A program made the position numbers and the translations under genes. A stretch of 64,000 bases of DNA from Pseudomonadota bacterium (GTDB taxonomy: Bacteria > Myxococcota > JACRCW01 > JAFGSX01), in the NCBI GenBank assembly GCA_043821645.1, contig JBDRCO010000070.1:42425-106424 (forward strand), written 5' to 3'. How positions within the stretch are numbered: the stretch's first letter is position 1; each line of letters starts with the position of its first letter. Positions 1 through 8,962 of this stretch are shown piece by piece. The notes below the pieces were generated by a model. It was not told the origin of the DNA and ran no database searches. It saw only the letters and a program-made list of their open reading frames with translations.

Positions 1-759
1 TTCGGACTCTGGGCCCCAGACGACCCCGACAACCTCGACGGCCTGCGCGCAGCCCAGCGCCGCTACACCGAGCAACTCATCGCCCTGCTGCCCCCCGGTA
101 CGCAGCGCGTGCTCGACGTGGGCTGTGGCACCGGCGCCACCGCAGCCCTGCTGGTCGAGCGCGGGATCCACGTCGAGTGCATGACTCCCGACGCCTACCA
201 GTGCCAGGTGTTCCGGCGTGTGCGAGGTGACGCGATCCCTCTGCACCAGTGCCGGCTCCAGGACTTCCAGGCACAGCGGCTCTTTGACGCGGTGCTCATG
301 AGCGAGAGTGCGCAGTACGTCCCCGCAGCGGAGCTGTTCGCAGCTGTCCGGCGATGCCTGGAGCCAGGCGGAGCCCTGGTGCTGTCGGACTATTTTCGCT
401 TGCAGGCGGTCGACTACTACAAGACCACCCACGTACTCGAGGACTTTCGGGCTGCCGCCAGGTCCGCGGGTTTCACCCAGGTCCACGAAGAGGACGTGAC
501 CGAGCGGACCCTGCCCACCTTGCACCTGGGCCTCGCCATGTACCGCGACACCATTCGCCCTGTCATCGAGATCGCGGCGGGCTTCATCAGCGAGCGTGCG
601 CCCGTGGTCCGACGTGCGGTCGAGCTGCTGTGGCGCAAGAAGCTCAAAAAGCTCAAGTGGTACCTGTACGACAAGACCGAGCAAAAGCTCGACGCCGAGC
701 GCTTTGCGCGCGAGCTGCGCTATCTGTTCCTGCGCTTCGAGGCGACGCGGGACGGCTGA
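1..759 (+). CDS. Class I SAM-dependent methyltransferase (5' partial)
   Basis: Frame 1 is open from base 1 (FGLWAPDD...AQRRYTEQLI), followed by the SAM-binding motif VLDVGCGTG and FDAVLMSES; stop TGA at 757-759. Confidence 0.88.
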   Translation, partial: FGLWAPDDPDNLDGLRAAQRRYTEQLIALLPPGTQRVLDVGCGTGATAALLVERGIHVECMTPDAYQCQVFRRVRGDAIPLHQCRLQDFQAQRLFDAVLMSESAQYVPAAELFAAVRRCLEPGGALVLSDYFRLQAVDYYKTTHVLEDFRAAARSAGFTQVHEEDVTERTLPTLHLGLAMYRDTIRPVIEIAAGFISERAPVVRRAVELLWRKKLKKLKWYLYDKTEQKLDAERFARELRYLFLRFEATRDG

Positions 760-822
760 GCTGGCCGTTTCTGGACCCCCGTAGCCGGACGTCCACCTCG
801 CTCGCTGCCAAGCGTAGGATCT

Positions 823-955
823 GACACGAAATCGCTTTGATTCGACCCTGTTGTGGGGCCCCGCCTTCACCGGCGAGTCTTTGTGTCCTCGCAAGCTCGG
901 AAAGAAAGCCTCACCTGGGCCCCCCACATCGAGCTCCATCAATGCGATTCGGTAT
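823..955. repeat. 133-bp palindromic interspersed element, copy 1 (MITE/REP/structured-RNA-like)
   Basis: Aligns without gaps to 63115-63247. Nested inverted repeats: AATCGCTTTGAT (830-841)/ATCAATGCGATT (938-949) and TGTGGGGCCC (852-861)/GGGCCCCCCACA (917-928). Confidence 0.8.
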
Positions 956-1252
956 GACACAGCCTGGGGCTCGTGGTCGGATCCTCGACCGTCGACGGGC
1001 CTGTGCGCCACCACAAAGCAACTCCAGCGCCCCTGCGATGGTCTCATCGGTCAAAGCGATGACATCACAAGAACCTCATGATTCTCGAGGTCATCACACC
1101 TTGGAGGGGTCGAGCGCCGGCCCATCGGTCAATCGACGGAGATCAAGCCTGCGCAGGTCGCGGTAGTGAAAGGTACCACACGTCGAGTGCCATTCATGGC
1201 ACGACGGGGCTGTCCGCGGCGACCCAGAGACAAGGTCGCAAGGAAGGGATCG

Positions 1253-2131
1253 ATGAGAAGCTCACCACGACCCATGCCTGCGCTGGTGGCCACTGTGGCA
1301 CTGACCCTGGCGGCCACGAGCGCGGCGCAGTCCACCCCGCCGCGCCTGCTCCATCCGCTGGACCATCCGACGGCACGCCTGGCCAGTCTGCACATGCCGA
1401 TGAATCTGGCCTTCGTGGCACAGGCCTCGTCGGGCCCCGTGTGGACCGCCCAGGGTCTGTGGCAGGCCAAACCTGCTGGCCTGCATGGTCTGCAAGCGGT
1501 GCAGGACGCCAGCCCTGCCAATGACCCGGTGTGGGACCCGAGCTCGCGCGCCTGGTACGCATATGTCTATGGCGCCCTGGTCAGGGTCGAGCCCGAGGGC
1601 AGCCTGCCAGTGGTCCTCGAGTCGCTACCCGGCCACGACTTCGATGTGCGCGCGGCCCGCGGGCTCGTGGTCTACCGGGATCCGAACAGGGATCAGCTCG
1701 TCCTGCAGCGCCTGGGGCCACGGGGTGGGCGCCGCGTGCTGCTCGAGGGAGAGTTCTACAACCCGCGATTCTCGCCCGACGGTACGCGCATCGCCGTGTC
1801 GCAGCTTTGCGACGGCGGCGGCCACCTGTGGTTGATCGAGAGCGAGACCGGTGTGACGCGCGACCTGGGCCGGGGCTACGACCCCGCCTGGAAGCCTGAT
1901 GGCACGACCCTGCTCTTCCTGCGCCTCGACGACAACGGCCACGAGCTCACCGCCTCACACCTGTACACGTATATGCCCGGCAGTGGTGTCACCCGCCACC
2001 TCGCCACCACGCGCAGCCACCTGGTCACCCGCCCGACCTTCTCGCCGGACGGCCGCTGGATCGCCTTCGTCGACGACGTGAGCGGCCAGGTGATGGCCTC
2101 GCCACTCCCTGAGAGCGGAGGTGCGCGATGA
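1253..2131 (+). CDS. Secreted TolB-like (PD40/WD40) beta-propeller protein
   Basis: Purine-rich RBS before ATG 1253; signal peptide (VALTLAATSAA); repeats NPRFSPDG, DPAWKPDG, RPTFSPDGRWIAF; ATGA overlap with the next gene. Confidence 0.8.
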   Translation: MRSSPRPMPALVATVALTLAATSAAQSTPPRLLHPLDHPTARLASLHMPMNLAFVAQASSGPVWTAQGLWQAKPAGLHGLQAVQDASPANDPVWDPSSRAWYAYVYGALVRVEPEGSLPVVLESLPGHDFDVRAARGLVVYRDPNRDQLVLQRLGPRGGRRVLLEGEFYNPRFSPDGTRIAVSQLCDGGGHLWLIESETGVTRDLGRGYDPAWKPDGTTLLFLRLDDNGHELTASHLYTYMPGSGVTRHLATTRSHLVTRPTFSPDGRWIAFVDDVSGQVMASPLPESGGAR

Positions 2132-3897
2132 AGGCTCGCATCCCCACCCTCGTCGTCACTTCAGTGGTCCTGGTCCTGACCCCGGCCAGCGCCCAGGCCG
2201 TGAAGACCTTCATCAACTACAGCAACCAGACCGCGAACCGGGTCTGCGCTGGCGGTGTCGAATCGACCTACGCTGCGGACAACGCCGCGCGCCTGAAAAC
2301 CCTGCTCGTCGGCTACGGCTTTGACGTGCGCACCAGCGATGACTTCTATGGTTCCAACGCAGCGGCAGCGTCCTGGGGCGCCACATCGTTTCTGTCCATC
2401 CACTCGAATGCGGGTGGGGGCCACGGCGCCGAGACGCTCAAGGGCTGGTACGGCAACAGCTCCGCCTTCGCGACCAAGGTGCAAGCTGGCCTGATGTCCA
2501 AGATCCCTTTCCAGAGCCGCGGGGTGAAGAGCGGCACCTGCGGCGGTGGTCGTTGCCGGGTGCTCAACTACAGCGGCCAGACCGCAGCCCTGGTCGAGGT
2601 GGTGTTTCACGATTGCTGTACCTCGAGTGGCTACACGGGACACCCACCTTCGGAGGCGGCCTACCTGGTCAGTAGCAGTGGTCGCCAGACCATCGCCTCG
2701 GGCTTGGCCAAGGGCCTGTGTGACTATCATGGCGTGTCCTGCACGGGCTCGACCCCGCCACCGTCCAGCTTGGGTTCGCTCAAGGGCGTGGTTTACAAAA
2801 ACGGCGACCTCAACCAGCATGTCGCGCCTGCAACGATCAGGCTGAGCTCCGGCGCCACCACCAGCTACAACGGCAGCAGCGTGTGGAGCTTCGACGTCCC
2901 TGCGGGCAGCAGCTACACGATCACCGCCAGCGCCGCGGGCTTTCACACAGCCACCCGAAACTGCAACGCGGTCACCGCGGGATCCATCACCTATTGCAGC
3001 ATCGAGCTGGAAGCCGAGGCTCCCGCCACCAGCACAGGATTCATCAAGGGAACGGTGTACAAGAACGGCGACACCACGGATCGCGTGGTGCCGGCGACGC
3101 TCACCCTCAGCACCGGCGCCACAGCCAGCTACACCGATGCTGGCGCGCTGTGGTCCTTCGAGGTGCCGGTGAGCGGCAGCTACGCGATGACGGCCGGCGC
3201 AGCCGGTTACGATACCGTGACCAGGAGCTGCGGGGCGGTGACGGCGGGCGCCACCACCTGGTGCAGTGTGGAGCTGGTGCCCACCGCCGCGCCCAGCAAT
3301 GGTGTGCTCCAGGGTATCGTCTATCGGGACGGCAACCAGGCCAGCGTGGTCGCGCCGGCCACCGTGACGCTCAATACCGGTTCGACTACCACCTACAACG
3401 GCATGGACGCCTGGTCCTTCACCCTGTCCCCGGCGAGCTACACCGTGACGGTCGCGGCCGACGGCTTCGCGACGCGCAGCAACGTGGCCTGTCCGATGGT
3501 GCCGGCCGGCGGTCGCGTGCAGTGTGACGTGGAGTTGCAGCCCCTGGCCGTGCCCGATGCGGGCCATGCTCAGGACGACGCAGGCGAGGTGGAAAGCGAC
3601 GCAGGCAGTGTCGGCGGCGATGCCAGCAGCGCGGACACCGGGGAGAGCACCGACGTCGGCGGCGGAGACGCGGGCAGCGATACAGCCATCGGCGGGGATG
3701 ACGCGAACAGGCCGTCGGTGAGTGCCGATGTCGTCGAGCTGGGGGACGGCTTTGGCTGTGCGGCGGGTCCGGGGCGGGCGCCGGTGTGGCTCGCCCTGCC
3801 CGCTCTGCTTCTCGGCCTGGTCTGGCGGCGCCGAACCCATGCACCGGGTGCGCGGGCAGTGCTCTCGGGCGACCCGGGCCGCCCCCCTCGGCCCTGA
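2128..3897 (+). CDS. N-acetylmuramoyl-L-alanine amidase (Amidase_3-like) with three beta-sandwich repeats and a MYXO-CTERM-like anchor
   Basis: Signal peptide; FLSIHSNA and AALVEVVFHD amidase motifs; three ~88-aa repeats (G.LKG.VY.NGD...PAT..L.TG...CSIEL); Asp/Gly/Ala-rich linker; C-terminal GFGC...WLALPALLLGLVWRRR. Confidence 0.78.
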   Translation: MKARIPTLVVTSVVLVLTPASAQAVKTFINYSNQTANRVCAGGVESTYAADNAARLKTLLVGYGFDVRTSDDFYGSNAAAASWGATSFLSIHSNAGGGHGAETLKGWYGNSSAFATKVQAGLMSKIPFQSRGVKSGTCGGGRCRVLNYSGQTAALVEVVFHDCCTSSGYTGHPPSEAAYLVSSSGRQTIASGLAKGLCDYHGVSCTGSTPPPSSLGSLKGVVYKNGDLNQHVAPATIRLSSGATTSYNGSSVWSFDVPAGSSYTITASAAGFHTATRNCNAVTAGSITYCSIELEAEAPATSTGFIKGTVYKNGDTTDRVVPATLTLSTGATASYTDAGALWSFEVPVSGSYAMTAGAAGYDTVTRSCGAVTAGATTWCSVELVPTAAPSNGVLQGIVYRDGNQASVVAPATVTLNTGSTTTYNGMDAWSFTLSPASYTVTVAADGFATRSNVACPMVPAGGRVQCDVELQPLAVPDAGHAQDDAGEVESDAGSVGGDASSADTGESTDVGGGDAGSDTAIGGDDANRPSVSADVVELGDGFGCAAGPGRAPVWLALPALLLGLVWRRRTHAPGARAVLSGDPGRPPRP

Positions 3898-4173
3898 CGG
3901 ACGACGTACCAGTCAGCACGTGCGGTCCGTTGATGGCCGCACCACATGCCTTGCCCCCGTCGTCACCTCTTGCTAGCGTGCTCGCGCCGACCTGCCACAA
4001 TCCACGCGCCGGCACGCCCTGACGGCTCGGGCCACTCGGCGGCAGGAGGCAAGACAGAGCCTCGACGGCGCCCCTGGCCGTCCACAGCGACATCGATATG
4101 CCCACGGGATGACCCGCGTGCATCGATGCAGCCATTCTCCAAACCGGCCGCGTGGAGCCACGAGGAGAAGCCC

Positions 4174-5577
4174 ATGTCCCCCAAGCGACGAGTTCTGATC
4201 CTGGGAGCCGCTGGCCGCGACTTCCACAACTTCAACTGCGTCTTCCGCGACGACCCGGACCACGAGGTGGTGGCCTTCACCGCGGCCCAGATCCCCGACA
4301 TCGACGACCGCAAGTACCCGGCCGCCCTGGCCGGTCCCTACTACCCGAACGGCATACCCATCGTGGCCGAGGAGGAAGCGCCTGCCCTGATCCGCAAGTA
4401 CAAAATCGACGAGGTGGTGTTCTCGTACTCCGACGTGACCTACCAGCACGTGATGAGCCTGTCGTCGGTGGCCATCGCCAATGGCGCAGACTTCCGGCTG
4501 ATCGGCCCCGCCAAGACCATGATCCCGTCGAGCAAGCCCGTGGTCTCGATCTGCGCGGTGCGCACCGGCTGCGGCAAGAGCCAGACTACCCGGCGCGTGG
4601 CTGAACTGCTCAAGGAGCGTGGCAAGAAACTTGTCGCGGTGCGCCACCCCATGCCCTACGGCGACCTCGCCAAGCAGAAGGTGCAGCGCTACGCCAAGCG
4701 CCAGGATCTGATCAAGCATCGCTGCACCATCGAGGAGATCGAGGAGTACGAGCCCCACATCGCCGCAGGCACCATCATCTACGCCGGTGTCGATTACGAG
4801 GCCATCCTGCGCCAGGCCGAGCAAGAAGCCGATGTGGTGCTATGGGACGGCGGCAACAACGACCTGCCCTTCTACAAGAGCGACCTCGAGATCGTCGTCA
4901 CCGATCCCCTGCGCGCGGGAAATGAGCTCAGCTACTACCCGGGCGAGGCCAACCTGCGCCGCGCCGACGTGGTCATCATCAACAAGATCGACACCGCGCC
5001 GGCCGACGCCATCGAGACCGTGCGCGCCAACATTCGTGCCGTCAATCCCGACGCGGTGATCATCGACGCAGCCTCGCCGGTGATGGTGGACAACCCCAAG
5101 GCCGTACGCGGCAAGCGCGTGCTGGTGGTCGAGGATGGTCCGACCCTGACCCACGGAGAGATGAAGTTCGGTGCCGGCGTCATCGCCGCTCTGCATTACG
5201 GAGCGGCCGAGTTCGTGGATCCGCGCCCTTTTACCAAGGGCAGCATCGCCGCGACTTTCGAGAAGTACCCCGAGACCGGAACCCTGCTCCCTGCCATGGG
5301 CTATGGCGACGAGCAGATGAAAGATCTCAAGGACACCATCGATGCCTGTGACTGTGACCTGGTCATCATCGGCACCCCCATCGACCTGACGCGCTACGTC
5401 TCTTTCAATAAGCCCAGCGTGCGCGTGCGCTACGACCTGCAGGAGATCGGCTCACCGACCCTGGTCGACGTCATCGATGAGTTTCTGACCAAGCACGGCA
5501 AGCGCGCTGCCAAGGGCGGCAAGAAGGCGGCCACAAAGGCCGCGAAGAAGTCCCCGGCCAAGCGGGGCAAGCGCTAG
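4174..5577 (+). CDS. arcE: Arginine synthetase ArcE-like protein (COG2403 'predicted GTPase'/cDPG synthetase-like family)
   Basis: GAGGAG RBS before ATG 4174; family signatures GAAGRDFHNFN, VAFTAAQIP, AVRTGCGKSQ (P-loop), RHPMPYG, WDGGNND, VEDGPTLTHG, LPAMGY; sits directly upstream of OTC. Confidence 0.8.
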   Translation: MSPKRRVLILGAAGRDFHNFNCVFRDDPDHEVVAFTAAQIPDIDDRKYPAALAGPYYPNGIPIVAEEEAPALIRKYKIDEVVFSYSDVTYQHVMSLSSVAIANGADFRLIGPAKTMIPSSKPVVSICAVRTGCGKSQTTRRVAELLKERGKKLVAVRHPMPYGDLAKQKVQRYAKRQDLIKHRCTIEEIEEYEPHIAAGTIIYAGVDYEAILRQAEQEADVVLWDGGNNDLPFYKSDLEIVVTDPLRAGNELSYYPGEANLRRADVVIINKIDTAPADAIETVRANIRAVNPDAVIIDAASPVMVDNPKAVRGKRVLVVEDGPTLTHGEMKFGAGVIAALHYGAAEFVDPRPFTKGSIAATFEKYPETGTLLPAMGYGDEQMKDLKDTIDACDCDLVIIGTPIDLTRYVSFNKPSVRVRYDLQEIGSPTLVDVIDEFLTKHGKRAAKGGKKAATKAAKKSPAKRGKR

Positions 5578-5586
5578 GAGGAACCC

Positions 5587-6525
5587 ATGACCCGACATCT
5601 CTGTTCCGACGCCGACCTCTCGGCGGCGGACTACCTTCGCGTGCTCGACCTGGCCCAGCAGGTCAAGCGCCACCCCGAGCTGTACCGCGATGCGCTGCGC
5701 GGGCGCTCCATCGCCGTGATCTTCAGCAAGCAGTCCACCCGCACCCGGGTCTCCTTCGAGGTGGGCATTCACCAGCTCGGTGCACAGCCCCTGGTGCTGA
5801 CCGCCGGTGGTTCCACGGGCATGCAGATGGGGCGCGGCGAGAGCACCCACGACACGGCCAAGGTCATGTCGCGCTTCGTCGACGCCATCGTGATCCGTAC
5901 CTTCGCCCAGCAGGAAGTCGACGACCTGGCCAGGTACGGCACGGTGCCCGTGGTCAATGCCCTGACCGACGCCTACCACCCTTGCCAGGCCCTGGCCGAC
6001 ATGCAGACCCTGCGCGAGCGTTTCGGGGACACCCGCGGCCTCAAGCTGGTCTACGTGGGCGCGGGCAACAACGTGGCGCACTCGCTGATGCTGGCGGGGC
6101 CCCGCGCTGGCGTCGACGTGGTGGTGGCCAGTCCCGAGAGCGTGCCCCCGGACGCGCGCATCCTCAAGCGGGCCCAGGCCGACGCCAAGGCAGCCGGCAC
6201 CCAGGTCAGCGTCGAGAAAGATCCCCTCAAGGCCGTCAAGAACGCCCACGCCGTGTACACCGACACCTGGGTGAGCATGGGCCAGGACGCCGAGGCGGAG
6301 GCCCTGCGCAAGAAGCTTCAGCGCTACCAGGTCAACCCGGCGCTCATGGACAGGGCGCGACCCGACGCGATCTTCCTGCACTGCCTGCCCGCCCACCGCG
6401 GCGAGGAGGTGGTGGACGAGGTCATGGACGGCCGCTGGTCCGCGGTCTTTGACCAGGCTGAGAACAGGCTGCACGCTCAGAAGGCCCTGCTGCTGCTGCT
6501 GCTCGGCGCGGCGTCCTGGAGCTGA
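5587..6525 (+). CDS. argF: Ornithine carbamoyltransferase
   Basis: Motifs STRT, HPCQ, YTDTWVSMG, HCLP, QAENRLH; AGGAGG RBS. Confidence 0.95.
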   Translation: MTRHLCSDADLSAADYLRVLDLAQQVKRHPELYRDALRGRSIAVIFSKQSTRTRVSFEVGIHQLGAQPLVLTAGGSTGMQMGRGESTHDTAKVMSRFVDAIVIRTFAQQEVDDLARYGTVPVVNALTDAYHPCQALADMQTLRERFGDTRGLKLVYVGAGNNVAHSLMLAGPRAGVDVVVASPESVPPDARILKRAQADAKAAGTQVSVEKDPLKAVKNAHAVYTDTWVSMGQDAEAEALRKKLQRYQVNPALMDRARPDAIFLHCLPAHRGEEVVDEVMDGRWSAVFDQAENRLHAQKALLLLLLGAASWS

Positions 6526-6558
6526 GCGTGAACCTGCTCGCACGGCCACCTACCGGCA

Positions 6559-7257
6559 TCACTGCAGGGCGTCGAGCCTCCTGAACAACCACTCGTACAG
6601 ACCGTATTGCAGCACCGAGCCTTGGATCAGGCGGCCACTGCGCACGATCATGTCCGGCGTCAGGACCGCGGACAGCAGGGCCAGCACCTGCACCAGCTCC
6701 GGGGGAATGAGCCAGTTACCATCCGTGGCCCCCGTCGCAGCGCCCAGCGTCGAGGCAAAGGCTTCGATCACGATCGTGACCAGGGTGATGGCGAGGACCA
6801 TGTACTGGATGCCCAGGGAGAACTTGGTCAGGGGCAGGGGATGCAGCCCGAATCTGTCGAGCAGCAGAAACTTTGCCGACGAGGGCAGGAAGCCGAGCAG
6901 CGGGTACCAGGGAAGGACCAGCCAGCGCAGGCCCTGCGTGGCCCGGTAGTTCCGTATCATCGCATCCCTGGCCTCGACGAAGCTCGCGTCGTACTCGTAG
7001 ACTCGCCCGGGGAGCGCGATCTTGTCGTCGGCCGTCAGAGGTCTGAGCCAGTACAGGACCCCACCGTGCTGCGCCTCCACCGCGTCAATGGTGTAGTCGA
7101 TGCCCTGGTAACGCACCCATGTCTTGCGGTAGGTCGTGGGCTGCCACTCCTGCATCTCATGGCGCGACAGGATCTGGAGACCGTCCGGTCGCAGGGTGAC
7201 GACGTCAGATCCCACGCGAACGGGCTCGCTGCCCTGGTCCTCGCCCCGCTCGTTCAT
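6559..7257 (-). CDS. Hypothetical membrane protein (2-3 C-terminal TM segments)
   Basis: ATG at 7257 (MNERGEDQ); soluble N-terminus followed by hydrophobic segments; convergent with argF. Confidence 0.65.
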   Translation of the reverse strand: MNERGEDQGSEPVRVGSDVVTLRPDGLQILSRHEMQEWQPTTYRKTWVRYQGIDYTIDAVEAQHGGVLYWLRPLTADDKIALPGRVYEYDASFVEARDAMIRNYRATQGLRWLVLPWYPLLGFLPSSAKFLLLDRFGLHPLPLTKFSLGIQYMVLAITLVTIVIEAFASTLGAATGATDGNWLIPPELVQVLALLSAVLTPDMIVRSGRLIQGSVLQYGLYEWLFRRLDALQ

Positions 7258-7318
7258 CACCACCCCCGAGTGCCGCGATCCTGCGCCTGCAGCGCATCGA
7301 ACCACCGGGTTTGCTGGT

Positions 7319-8218
7319 TCAGCGCGGCTGCGCCAGCACGAGCATGGAGAAGCCACCCAGCACTCGGGCCGCGACATCCTCATCGACCGCTGCGAGCAGC
7401 CGACGCGGCCAGCGTAGCCAGCGCGCCAGACCGACCTGGTAGTGCGGCAGCTCGATGGATCCCCGGGTGTAGCGCCAGTCCACGACCTGCAGGCCCACGT
7501 CCTCGAGCAGGGCCAGTAGAGTCTCCCGGGTGAAGGCGTGCAGGTGTCCGACCCGGCGTCGCTGATCCACGAGGGGCGAGGCGCGAAGTACCGTCTGCAC
7601 CGAAAGGTCCAATGGCACGTGCAGCACCAGGTGCCGGGCACGCTTCCGGTGCTGGCGCAGGAAACCGAAGACGTCCTCGACATGCTCGATGACGTCGATG
7701 AACAGGAGCAGGTCCGAGAGCCCGGCATCCGCTGTCAGCTCTCCCTCGACCACGCGCAGGCGCTCGCCCTCGCAATGTCTGGCCAGGGCGATGGCATCCG
7801 TCGAGATCTCATAGCCCGTGAAGAGGGTCTCCGGGGCCAGCTGGGCCTGCAGCGCGCGCAAGACCTGCCCCGATCCGCAACCGACCTCGACGACATGTGC
7901 AGGCGCGAGGTCATGCTTTGTCAGCAAAGCCGCGATCTGTGCCGCCTTCCAATCTGCATCCTCCGCGTGCCAGGTCGGATTGTGTTTCAGGTAGGTGCCA
8001 TCGAGGTAGGAGCGTTCGGCTGGACGGGGACTGTCAAGGGGCGCCGTGGTGCTGCCCTCCCGGCTCCGATCGGGCGGGAAGGGGGACCGTGACGATTTCC
8101 TGGCGTTGGGCGACTGCGGTGCGGGCACCCGATCCGCGCGAGGTACGGGCACCACATGCCCCTTTTCCCGTCTCAGGCTACGGCTCCGGCGGGAGCTGTC
8201 GCTGCGTCGCTTGCCCAC
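7319..8218 (-). CDS. Class I SAM-dependent methyltransferase (start uncertain)
   Basis: Motifs YLKHNPTWH, VVEVGCGSG, DVIEHV, GHLH; the first ~65 residues are low complexity. Confidence 0.82.
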   Translation of the reverse strand: MGKRRSDSSRRSRSLRREKGHVVPVPRADRVPAPQSPNARKSSRSPFPPDRSREGSTTAPLDSPRPAERSYLDGTYLKHNPTWHAEDADWKAAQIAALLTKHDLAPAHVVEVGCGSGQVLRALQAQLAPETLFTGYEISTDAIALARHCEGERLRVVEGELTADAGLSDLLLFIDVIEHVEDVFGFLRQHRKRARHLVLHVPLDLSVQTVLRASPLVDQRRRVGHLHAFTRETLLALLEDVGLQVVDWRYTRGSIELPHYQVGLARWLRWPRRLLAAVDEDVAARVLGGFSMLVLAQPR

Positions 8219-8295
8219 AATCTCCCCCGTCCAAGGCAGATGGTTCCGGCCTGCGCTTCCGCGGTCTCTCGCCGGCCTCGTCCTTTCGGCGCCGG

Positions 8296-8850
8296 CTAGT
8301 TCTTTTCATCGGCGATGCGGGTCCCCTCGAAGGTGACCTTCTCTCGCCGCTCATCCTCACTCGTGGGCTCGTCGTTGACCTGGAGGATGGTCTTGAGTTC
8401 GGCATCGATGTAGATGCGCACCTTGTCGTCGCCCGACTTCTCGACCTCGAAGATCTTGATGGTCTGGTACTCGAAGAGCTTCTCGTGCAGGTCGCCGCCG
8501 GTGGCGAAGGTCGTCTTGTCGTGCACGGCATCGCACTCGACAGCATTCTCGAGGACCAGCTTGCTGCTGAAGACCTTGAGACTCACCGGGCAGCGTGCGC
8601 CGCTGACCACGGCGTCGCTCTGCACCCCGAGTTCTACCGTGTAGGTGGTCACCGCATCGGTGCGACTCTCGTAGTCCTGGGCAAGGGTCTGCCCGCCCGA
8701 GAAGGTGCGCTCGGTGCCATCGACGTCGACCACCTCGACGCCACGGTAGGTCCCTTCCAGGCCCAGCGCATTGCCCTGGGGGAAGCAGGCGTCACTCGCC
8801 AGCAGAACCACCGCCGCAGCCACGAATGCACCAGGTCGTGTTCTTGTCAT
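8296..8850 (-). CDS. Hypothetical exported protein, possible lipoprotein
   Basis: Basic N-terminus, hydrophobic stretch, then Cys (VVLLASDAC); coding-like codon usage. Confidence 0.65.
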   Translation of the reverse strand: MTRTRPGAFVAAAVVLLASDACFPQGNALGLEGTYRGVEVVDVDGTERTFSGGQTLAQDYESRTDAVTTYTVELGVQSDAVVSGARCPVSLKVFSSKLVLENAVECDAVHDKTTFATGGDLHEKLFEYQTIKIFEVEKSGDDKVRIYIDAELKTILQVNDEPTSEDERREKVTFEGTRIADEKN

Positions 8851-8962
8851 GTCGAACTCCTGCACCGGAACCGCCTGCGGCGGCGGCTTGAAGGACCTGC
8901 GAATCAGATCCGCACCCAGACTGCTCCATAGAAAACCTGCTGCACTTGTTCAAGGACTGCGT

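Noticed and set aside
851-1081. Short ORF MWGPAFTGES..., similar to 63143..63424 (MWGPAFIGES...)
   Set aside because: The similarity is confined to the 133-bp DNA repeat and ends at its boundary. Both use non-ATG starts without an RBS, and the second overlaps a real gene antisense. The repeat explains it, not a protein family.
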